In this document: in pieces, positions 1 through 7,158 of the stretch | Position numbering within the stretch: the first letter of the stretch is position 1 | Layout: every line of letters starts with the position of its first letter | Source of the DNA: Pyrobaculum sp. | Lineage (GTDB): Archaea > Thermoproteota > Thermoprotei > Thermoproteales > Thermoproteaceae | Reading direction: 5' to 3' | DNA length: 19,901 bases | Assembly (NCBI GenBank): GCA_046293555.1 | Contig: JBKBOT010000010.1 | Span: forward strand, 33,379 to 53,279 | Made by a program: the position numbers and the translations under genes | The notes under the pieces: model-generated | Told to the model about the DNA's origin: nothing | Seen by the model: the letters and a program-made list of their open reading frames with translations, nothing else | The model's database searches: none

Positions 1-877
1 GGGGGTACCTGGAGGTTATATTTCTCACAAGCTCTTCTCTAAATATAGACACCACCCTATCTACATCCCCACCACATATAAGGTAGGGGAGGTAGGGCTT
101 GAGTACGTGGGGGGTTTTATTTAATAATGACACATATATATATTGTTTAACTCCCACTATACTTACATTTTTCGCCAAATTAATTAAAGTCATGTTTAAT
201 TTAGTTATTAAAATAGCCTCTGTCACATTATCTACAGCCGCCTCGCTCCCCCATGTCTTCCACGTCACGTGTTTGAGATAAGCCGACACGTTGCCATATG
301 CCACATCTGCTGCCATCCTGACGGCAGTATCCACGTCGTGACTGGCCACATACTGTCGGAAAGCCTCTAGAAATATGTCGCTTTTGTTATCCACAGCTTT
401 CCCCAAGGCAGCCACGCCATAGGTGGCTAGAAGCAGCTGTCTAGCCATAGCTCTAGCCGCGCTGTAGGCAGATTCCAGCTGGGCGAGTTCCCTACAGGCA
501 GCCTCTGTGGCGTTTGAAAACTGGAGCGCCGCCTCTCTAAACTTAGACGTGTAGTTATCCACTGTATTCCACACGTTCTCCCAATAGAGCTCTAACGCCT
601 TGTCTAATATAGTCCAGGGGGTCACCGCGCTGGGGTAAAGCCTGGAGAGAAACCGCGCCTTTTCTTCAAGGTCTGGGCCAAAGATAACCACGGGGTAGAC
701 TTCTTCTCCCACCTTCTCCATGTTTTTAACAATAGAGCTCACCACCACCGGCTCTATGTCTCGTGGCATTAGTTCCGACTCGTGATAAACCAAGACGTCA
801 AAAACCTTCGGGGCGTGTAGGGCCAGGTAGGTATATATAGCTAACACAACTGCAGCCACGGCGAGAAGTTTGCGCAC
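1..877 (-). CDS. 5' part of a large membrane protein, probably MMPL/RND-family transporter (runs off the left edge)
   Basis: Manual translation: GTG at 877, open for 292 codons to the edge (MRKLLAVAAVVLAIYTYLALHAPKVFDVLVYHESELMPRDIEPVVV...). One N-terminal TM helix, then an extracytoplasmic region with several N-x-S/T sequons (NYT, NAT, NKS, NVS, NVT, NMT, NIT). The start resembles MMPL TM1 plus the porter-domain entry. TATA at 897-902. Family call is tentative because the C-terminal TMs are outside the window. Confidence 0.6.
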   Translation of the reverse strand, partial: MRKLLAVAAVVLAIYTYLALHAPKVFDVLVYHESELMPRDIEPVVVSSIVKNMEKVGEEVYPVVIFGPDLEEKARFLSRLYPSAVTPWTILDKALELYWENVWNTVDNYTSKFREAALQFSNATEAACRELAQLESAYSAARAMARQLLLATYGVAALGKAVDNKSDIFLEAFRQYVASHDVDTAVRMAADVAYGNVSAYLKHVTWKTWGSEAAVDNVTEAILITKLNMTLINLAKNVSIVGVKQYIYVSLLNKTPHVLKPYLPYLICGGDVDRVVSIFREELVRNITSRYP

Positions 878-892
878 AGCCCACTTTTTAAG

Positions 893-904
893 AAAGTATA
901 TAAG
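893..904. promoter_or_regulatory. Shared bidirectional TATA box (AAAGTATATAAG)
   Basis: TATATA at 897-902 lies 20-25 nt from GTG 877 (minus) and 22-27 nt from GTG 924 (plus), the spacing typical of leaderless archaeal transcripts. Confidence 0.55.
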
Positions 905-923
905 TTTAAGGCGTGACTGTCCC

Positions 924-2063
924 GTGAGACATATTTACATTATCGCCATGGGGGACTTTAAGGCTCGTGCCGTCCGCTATTTACTCACGGCGATAGCCAT
1001 CGGGGTGGGGGTGGCCCTACTGGTGGCGTTAGTTACAGTAAGCGATGCGACGAGAGAATATGTGGAACAGACGCTGTATAGAGTATATCCCGCAGACATC
1101 ATGATGTATTCCGAGTCTATAAACATCCCCCAGCACCTAGTCGACGTAATTAAGAAAAGCCCCGTGGTGGAGTCAGCTGAGGGCATCATAATAGCCACTG
1201 GGGTGTATGGGGGGTCGGTAGTGTCAATTGTGGGAATCCCGCTTTATGCCATAGATTATTTCGCCATAGACCTAAGTCAAGGCAGATTGCCTATCGCAAA
1301 AGGCGAGGCAGCGGTTGAGGAGTCTCTCGGCGTAAAACCCGGCGAGGTAATCACGTTAAAGATATATTCAGGGGTATTGGGTGGAGAAAAAACGCTGGAA
1401 GTCAAAGTAACTGGCGTCATGCGTAGCTTCCTGAGGGGGTTCGTGGGGGCCTTTAGGCTAAATCTTGTGGTAGTTCCTCTAGACTGGCTCCAAGAAAACC
1501 TAGGCACAGGCCCTTTTATAAACGCCGTCCTCATAACGATGAAAGACAAGAATCAAGTCAGGCCGTTTTACTTGTCGCTAAAAGAACACTATAGAGACGC
1601 CCAGGTCTACACACAGGAGGGGCTGTTAAACACAGTGTCGCAAGTCTTCAACGCGTTAAACGCAATATTTGCCGTCATTAGCGCCGCCGCGTTGATCACC
1701 GCGGCGATAACCACCTTCGCGGTGATGTCTATAACTACAAACGAGAGGCTGAGGGAGTTTGGCCTACTTAAGGCTGTAGGCATCTCCTCAAGAGATATCG
1801 TCCTCTCCGTGGTAATAGAGGTCGTGTCTATCGCCGCCGTGGCTGGCGTCGGCGGTATGGCTATAGGACATATGGGGGCAGGCTTGGTAAAACAGATGCT
1901 AGTAGGCATGGGGATAAATTTCAACGTGCCGATAGCCTTCAAGCCCCACTACGCCTTGTTGGCACTATTCACGTCGCTAGCCGTGGCGCTAGCTGGAGCC
2001 CTCCTGCCGCTGTATAAAGTGTCCAAGCTAAGACCGCTGGAGATCTTGAGGTTATGGCAGTAA
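924..2063 (+). CDS. ABC transporter permease, MacB/FtsX/LolE family
   Basis: N-terminal 'RAVRYLLTAIAIGVGVALL' TM, large extracytoplasmic domain, 'ERLREFGLLKAVG' FtsX motif, three C-terminal TMs, terminal 'P..K.SKL.P.E.LR'. Start placed at in-frame GTG 924 from TATA spacing (track start 870 overlaps the divergent gene; ATG 948 is an alternative). Confidence 0.9.
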   Translation: MRHIYIIAMGDFKARAVRYLLTAIAIGVGVALLVALVTVSDATREYVEQTLYRVYPADIMMYSESINIPQHLVDVIKKSPVVESAEGIIIATGVYGGSVVSIVGIPLYAIDYFAIDLSQGRLPIAKGEAAVEESLGVKPGEVITLKIYSGVLGGEKTLEVKVTGVMRSFLRGFVGAFRLNLVVVPLDWLQENLGTGPFINAVLITMKDKNQVRPFYLSLKEHYRDAQVYTQEGLLNTVSQVFNALNAIFAVISAAALITAAITTFAVMSITTNERLREFGLLKAVGISSRDIVLSVVIEVVSIAAVAGVGGMAIGHMGAGLVKQMLVGMGINFNVPIAFKPHYALLALFTSLAVALAGALLPLYKVSKLRPLEILRLWQ

Positions 2064-2818
2064 AGCTAAGGGGAGTTACTAAGATATATAAAAACGGCGC
2101 TGTGGAGGTTCACGCGCTAGACGACGTCTCTCTACATGCTTCCACAGGCGAGGTGGTGGCCTTTATGGGGCCTTCTGGCTCCGGCAAAACCACACTGCTT
2201 AACATAGTCGCCACGTTAGACAAGCCCACATATGGAGAGGTCTACGTATTGGGGGCAGATGTTGGGAAGATGCCCGAAAAAAAGCTGGAGAAATTCAGGC
2301 TGAGAAACATAGGCTATCTCTTCCAGAGTTACAACCTTGTGACCTACCTAACGGCGGAACAAAACGTGGCATTACCACTGATAGCTCTCGGCGTGAAGAA
2401 AGATCTGGCGTTACTACGGGCTAAGATCTTACTGGAGCTAGTGGGCTTAGAGAAGGCGGCGGGGATGTATCCATACCAGATGTCCGGCGGTATGCAGCAA
2501 CGCGCCGCGGTGGCTAGAGCGCTATCTACCAACCCGCCGCTCTTAATACTTGACGAGCCTACTTCAAACGTGGATCTCGAAAACGCCGCGACGTTATTAG
2601 GCCTAATAACAGCCATAAATAAGGTCATGAAAACCACAGTGCTTATAGCCACCCACGATCCAGACGTCGCCGCCATAGCCACCAGGGTGATATATATGCG
2701 CGGCGGCCGTGTGTTTGAAACCACAGAGCCGCCGAGAAAAGAGTTGAAGATAGAGCTGGAAAAAGTATTTACAGCCTACGAGAAGTTAAGACAACTAGAC
2801 TCATCAATTGGGCTATGA
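2054..2818 (+). CDS. ABC transporter ATP-binding protein, LolD/MacB family
   Basis: Walker A GPSGSGKTT, 'IGYLFQSYNL' Q-loop, signature MSGGMQQR, Walker B LILDEPT, H-switch ATHD; overlaps the permease stop. Confidence 0.95.
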   Translation: MAVKLRGVTKIYKNGAVEVHALDDVSLHASTGEVVAFMGPSGSGKTTLLNIVATLDKPTYGEVYVLGADVGKMPEKKLEKFRLRNIGYLFQSYNLVTYLTAEQNVALPLIALGVKKDLALLRAKILLELVGLEKAAGMYPYQMSGGMQQRAAVARALSTNPPLLILDEPTSNVDLENAATLLGLITAINKVMKTTVLIATHDPDVAAIATRVIYMRGGRVFETTEPPRKELKIELEKVFTAYEKLRQLDSSIGL

Positions 2819-4620
2819 GAGCTCTCGCCTTGTTGTTACTTCTTGCATATCTGGCTCTCGCCTCTACAGTCGTCGTGACGTATACCATAAAGCCTACTGG
2901 CGAGGTCACCACAGTTGTAAAAACTAGAGAAGTGCTTATAAACAACGGCCCCACGCCTTTGAATAAATCCGGCGTGTTGATCCCGCCTTACTCTACTCTT
3001 GTTTTTGAAAAACTTGCCGACAATGTCTACCCCCCGTTTCTTAAAGTAGAGCGAGAGATAAGGTACATAGGCGGCGAGTTATCCAGAGGGGTCCTACAGG
3101 CTGATAACAACACTGTGGTTATGCTCACACTTAAGATATCCACATTGCTCCCCATCTCTGTCCCGGTAATGATCTCTCTGGCTACAGATGGAAAAGTTGC
3201 GGTGATTTACGAGAGGTTGCCCACATCGATTTCGCAGATGTCCGGCAGCACTATCTACCACTGGGCACTGGTGGTGGAGAACTACACCGAGTTTAACCTC
3301 AGCTTTAGGGTGAGAGATTTTGGTAGTTTTGGAGCTGTGAGACTACCCACAGTGTTGTTAACATCCTCCCTAGATTTAAACCGAACTATTGCCGTCACTA
3401 GAGAGCAACTTAAAAGCCTCCATACGGCTAAGACACGGCTACAAAACCTCACGGACGCAATCTCGCTTTATTTAGACATGGTGTACACACAGACACAGAA
3501 CTTGACGCAGTTGATCCAGGTATTTAACCTCACCGGCAGGGCTCTGGGCGAGGGCGCTCGGGCTCTAAACCTATCTACATACGCCCTAGAGGCCTTGAGG
3601 CGGCAGATAATGGCGATTGGAGACGCCGCAGGCGGGGCGGCGGCCACGATTAACCAAAGCCGTCTGTTGGTTGACTACCAATACCTAGCCCTAATGACCT
3701 TGGCCAACACGTTGGAGACACAGGCAGCCGCTCTGACGTCTTACCGCTCTGCCACCAGAGAGGCCATCAAGGGGCTTGAAGACACCAGAGGCCAGCTTTG
3801 GTCAATAAGAGAAAGCCTATACGCCCAAAGACAAGCCATAAATAACGCCATTAGGGAGGTAGAGAGAGCTAAGACAAGGATCTCCTCAATGCCTGTCAAC
3901 ACTACTGTCGTCATAGAGGCTCTAGACGTAGTTCTCAGACAGCTTTACGCCACAAGGGAGTCTATAGACTCGTTAATAGACGTGGTAGATAGCATAATTG
4001 CGATAACAGACTCTACAGTATACACTCTTGAAGCTATTGACAAAAATCTAGGCGAGTTAGCTCCCCTCCTCAACTCCACAGCTATATCTACCCGAAAAAA
4101 CGCCACAGAGCTCATGGAAAACATGCCACAAATTCTAGCCAACGCCTCTAGAAACCTAGCCGAGATATCGAGCAATCTCTACAAGACAGCCGACGAGGTG
4201 AATCAATACTACTCCCCCCTCTACGACGCGGCAAACACCTTGAGGGAGGTAGGCAGCCGGCTTCTACAGTCGGCAAAAGAGCTTGAAGAATTTCGACAAG
4301 CTCAACTAAAGGCCGTGCCTAAACTAGGCGCGTTGTTGGCAACAATATATAACTACACGGGGTATGTGTCTACAGAAGGAAAAAGGCTAGAACTAGCAGA
4401 GAGCGCACTAGTTCGATATCACTACGTCGTAAATGTCAGCAGGTTGGAGCTACAGTACTACATAGAGCTGCCCGTCGCCATGAAAAACGTCACATTGCCC
4501 ACCACCACGGCGTCTTTAGCGCCAGTAGAGACAAGACAGACACCAATCGGGTTAAGCGTCGTGTTGGCTATCGCCGCTGCGTTTGCCCTAGGGATGTTAT
4601 TAAAAAAACTATTTGGATAG
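2815..4620 (+). CDS. Secreted, C-terminally anchored long coiled-coil/helical surface protein of unknown function
   Basis: Signal peptide MRALALLLLLAYLALA; beta-rich N-domain of about 185 aa; about 350 aa of heptad-like helices; short beta segment; T/P-rich linker; C-terminal TM plus KK; about 17 N-x-S/T sequons. ATGA overlap with the ATPase. Confidence 0.85.
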   Translation: MRALALLLLLAYLALASTVVVTYTIKPTGEVTTVVKTREVLINNGPTPLNKSGVLIPPYSTLVFEKLADNVYPPFLKVEREIRYIGGELSRGVLQADNNTVVMLTLKISTLLPISVPVMISLATDGKVAVIYERLPTSISQMSGSTIYHWALVVENYTEFNLSFRVRDFGSFGAVRLPTVLLTSSLDLNRTIAVTREQLKSLHTAKTRLQNLTDAISLYLDMVYTQTQNLTQLIQVFNLTGRALGEGARALNLSTYALEALRRQIMAIGDAAGGAAATINQSRLLVDYQYLALMTLANTLETQAAALTSYRSATREAIKGLEDTRGQLWSIRESLYAQRQAINNAIREVERAKTRISSMPVNTTVVIEALDVVLRQLYATRESIDSLIDVVDSIIAITDSTVYTLEAIDKNLGELAPLLNSTAISTRKNATELMENMPQILANASRNLAEISSNLYKTADEVNQYYSPLYDAANTLREVGSRLLQSAKELEEFRQAQLKAVPKLGALLATIYNYTGYVSTEGKRLELAESALVRYHYVVNVSRLELQYYIELPVAMKNVTLPTTTASLAPVETRQTPIGLSVVLAIAAAFALGMLLKKLFG

Positions 4621-6333
4621 TTCTACAAATTTCTGTTTACTCCAGCCAGTCAGCGAGAGGCCTGTCACCTTAGTCCAGATCTTTGGATCTACTTTAAACG
4701 ACTGTTCTACCCTCTGTCTGTGTCCCACCACGTTGTAGGTACAGAATGGGAACACGCGGCCGTCAGGCGTGGCGTAGTGAATGTCACAACGTTGTACTCT
4801 CTCAATGTCGTAATTCATGGTGTCCATAAAGTGCATTATGCCTATACCCACAATGTTGAAGAAAAAGCGCCCTAGCGACTCGTAGTCTTTTTTAACGAGG
4901 AAGTCGTAAATGAGGTCTCTTACCCTCCTGTGTCTGACGGCTTTTAACAACTTCAGCGTCTTTACCTTAGCCACCTGTCTATAGACTCCACCCCTCTTGG
5001 CGGTGTTGTATACCTCCCAAGCGCCTTTCTCAAAGGCGTCTACATCTACAAGCTTGGTTATTGGGTATATCCTCCTCTCGTCCTCGTCGTAGTAGATAAA
5101 CGTGGCTGCGCCACACATGGGGTTCATGCTAAATAACGGCCGTGGGGAATCCGTGAGGACTTCCACCATCTTGGCTATAGCCACCGGCCAGTTTGTAGGC
5201 CTCCAGTCCCACCTACTAACCGCGCCGCCGGTCTGTTTCTCGATTTCTATTATCGTGTCGGGTATCGTGATGCGATATTTTCTAAGCTCCTCCTTGCTAT
5301 ACAGCTTTGCTCTTCCAGAGAAGCTCACCGGCTGTATATTTATCCACCTCACCACGTCTCTATTCTGAAGCGCAAAGTCTACAATCTTGCCGAGATCCTT
5401 GTCGTTATAGTTACGGGCTAAAGTAACCACGAGCACAATTGACCTATGGCCTAGCTTCCTGGCGTTTTCAATAACTCTCTCCTTAGTTATCCTATAGGCC
5501 TTGGGGTGGTAGAGCCGGTGTCTCCAAAGCCCCTCGTTTTTCTCATCTAGGGTGTCAAACTGGAGATATAGCGTAGAGGCCCCCGCATCTAGTAGCGCCT
5601 TATAGTACTCAATGTCGTTAGCAAGCCTGATGCCGTTGGTGTTTATCTCCACATGTGTAAAGCCGAGCTTTTTGGCCATCCTCACTATTTCCGGCAGGTC
5701 GTCTCTTAACGTGGGCTCCCCCCCAGAGATCTGGACGGCATTTGGGGGCCAAGGCTTCTGTGCTCTCAACGTTCTAAACATGTATTCAATCTGCTCTAGA
5801 GTGGGCTCGTAGACGTAGCCAGAGGCGCCCGCAGTGGCAAAACACACGGGACACGTCATATTACATCTATTGGTGACATCAATTATGGCAAGTACCGTAT
5901 TTGACTTATGTACAGGGCAGAGGCCACAGCCGTCGGGACAAGAGCCCATGTCCTTATAGAACTCCAAATCTGTATAGGGGTTGGCGAGCCCCTTGGCTAT
6001 ATATTCAGGTCTATCCCACTGCAGGAAGTAGTAATACATCTCGGCGTCGCCCCAATATAGGTCCTCAAATACGCCATGTTCTGGACATGTTTTCTTAAGC
6101 CAGATCGCGCCGTTTTCTTCATACACCACCGAGGGTATCCTTTTGGTACATACCGGACATACCGAAAGAGAGGCCTTGATGACTCTTGAATTTCTGGAAA
6201 GGCCATACTGACGTCTCAAGGCTTCTTGCCACTTTTCGTTCATTAAGGTGTTTCTATATCTCTCTGCTAGGCTGTATTTAGACAAGTCCACAAGCCTCTT
6301 TGGCCTCTCAGATATCTCAACCACCTGTTGCAT
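4609..6333 (-). CDS. tes: Tetraether lipid synthase (GDGT-macrocyclic archaeol synthase), radical SAM enzyme of the MJ0619 family
   Basis: N-terminal CPVC...KKTCPEHG.F.D.YW.D metal site, CPDGCGLC..H auxiliary-cluster motif, radical SAM CNMTCPVC, SGGEPT, NTNG, C-terminal MHFMD..NYD.ER..RC.IHY.TPDG...PFC.YN. Confidence 0.88.
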   Translation of the reverse strand: MQQVVEISERPKRLVDLSKYSLAERYRNTLMNEKWQEALRRQYGLSRNSRVIKASLSVCPVCTKRIPSVVYEENGAIWLKKTCPEHGVFEDLYWGDAEMYYYFLQWDRPEYIAKGLANPYTDLEFYKDMGSCPDGCGLCPVHKSNTVLAIIDVTNRCNMTCPVCFATAGASGYVYEPTLEQIEYMFRTLRAQKPWPPNAVQISGGEPTLRDDLPEIVRMAKKLGFTHVEINTNGIRLANDIEYYKALLDAGASTLYLQFDTLDEKNEGLWRHRLYHPKAYRITKERVIENARKLGHRSIVLVVTLARNYNDKDLGKIVDFALQNRDVVRWINIQPVSFSGRAKLYSKEELRKYRITIPDTIIEIEKQTGGAVSRWDWRPTNWPVAIAKMVEVLTDSPRPLFSMNPMCGAATFIYYDEDERRIYPITKLVDVDAFEKGAWEVYNTAKRGGVYRQVAKVKTLKLLKAVRHRRVRDLIYDFLVKKDYESLGRFFFNIVGIGIMHFMDTMNYDIERVQRCDIHYATPDGRVFPFCTYNVVGHRQRVEQSFKVDPKIWTKVTGLSLTGWSKQKFVELSK

Positions 6334-6353
6334 AAACCCGCGCGGATCTCTAT

Positions 6354-6393
6354 CTTAAAAATTTTTTAACTCTATTCACGAAAAGTTGTGAAT
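6354..6393. promoter_or_regulatory. Divergent tes/trmB promoter with inverted repeat ATTCAC-N8-GTGAAT
   Basis: AT block CTTAAAAATTTTTTAAC (6354-6370) between divergent starts 6333 and 6392; palindrome at 6374-6393 overlaps the regulator start codon. Confidence 0.45.
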
Positions 6394-7105
6394 GCAACAA
6401 CTAGAGTTATTACTAAACCTATTGGGTATAGCTAGGAGAGAGGTAGATATATACCTGCTGTTAGTAGAAAAAGGCGCGCTATCTGCAAGAGAGGTTGCCG
6501 AACAGCTGAACATACCATATACAAAGGTATACACATACCTCTCAAAACTTCAAAAACTTGGCGTTGTTATTACTGAAGAAAAGCCGCACCCCCGGAGATA
6601 TAGGGCATTGCCGCCTGTAGATATCTACAAGAAGCTCGTATCGGCGACATCTGAAGTTCTCAGACAGATAAAGCCCTTTTTCGACAGCCTACAGCTAGTT
6701 TACGAAAGTAAACAAGTCACCCCCACATTCCTAACCCTGATTAAAGGTAGAGAAAAGATAGTGGAGCTTATAGAAGAGGTGATAAAATCTACAGATGCCG
6801 AGGTACATGTGGCCCTCCCCTTTGTAGAACTGCTTACCGACAGACTAGTTACAGCTATAGTCGAGGAGTCTAAACGCGTGACAATAAAGATGCTTATAAA
6901 TGACCAACTTAGGCCACATCTAGACCTGCCGCCTAGGGTAGAGGTGAAAACCACACAGGAGATGTTCGGCGGGGGGGTCATTGGGGATGCGGTGGTTATC
7001 TTTGTAAAACATGGAGGCGAGCTTTCCGGAATATACTCTAACGAGAGACATCTCATCGAGATAGCGCGTACATATTTTAACCACCTGTGGCAAAGACACA
7101 TGTGA
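6392..7105 (+). CDS. TrmB-family transcriptional regulator
   Basis: N-terminal wHTH 'LGI..REV.IY..L...G..SAREVAE.LNIP.TKVY..L.KL...G.V'; C-terminal effector-binding-like domain ('I.GRE.I...I.E.I...'). Confidence 0.88.
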   Translation: MQQLELLLNLLGIARREVDIYLLLVEKGALSAREVAEQLNIPYTKVYTYLSKLQKLGVVITEEKPHPRRYRALPPVDIYKKLVSATSEVLRQIKPFFDSLQLVYESKQVTPTFLTLIKGREKIVELIEEVIKSTDAEVHVALPFVELLTDRLVTAIVEESKRVTIKMLINDQLRPHLDLPPRVEVKTTQEMFGGGVIGDAVVIFVKHGGELSGIYSNERHLIEIARTYFNHLWQRHM

Positions 7106-7158
7106 TGTAGAGAGAAAATGGGGCCTCTGACAAGTGAAGAAAGTCTGGAGCGCTGACC
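7100..7158 (+). ncRNA. C/D-box guide sRNA
   Basis: C box GTGATGT (7102-7108, overlaps the trmB stop), D' CTGA (7127-7130), C' GTGAAGA (7134-7140), 12-nt guide AAGTCTGGAGCG, D CTGA (7153-7156). Fills the convergent intergenic gap exactly. Confidence 0.8.

Noticed and set aside
99-281. 60-aa plus-strand ORF
   Set aside because: Antisense shadow of the longer minus-strand ORF 1-877.
870-923. Track's N-terminal extension of the permease
   Set aside because: Overlaps the divergent gene's start and the TATA box; GTG 924 fits better.
4609-6333. RiPP maturase with its exporter (radical SAM + ABC)
   Set aside because: Motifs match Tes rather than a SPASM peptide maturase, and no precursor peptide is evident.
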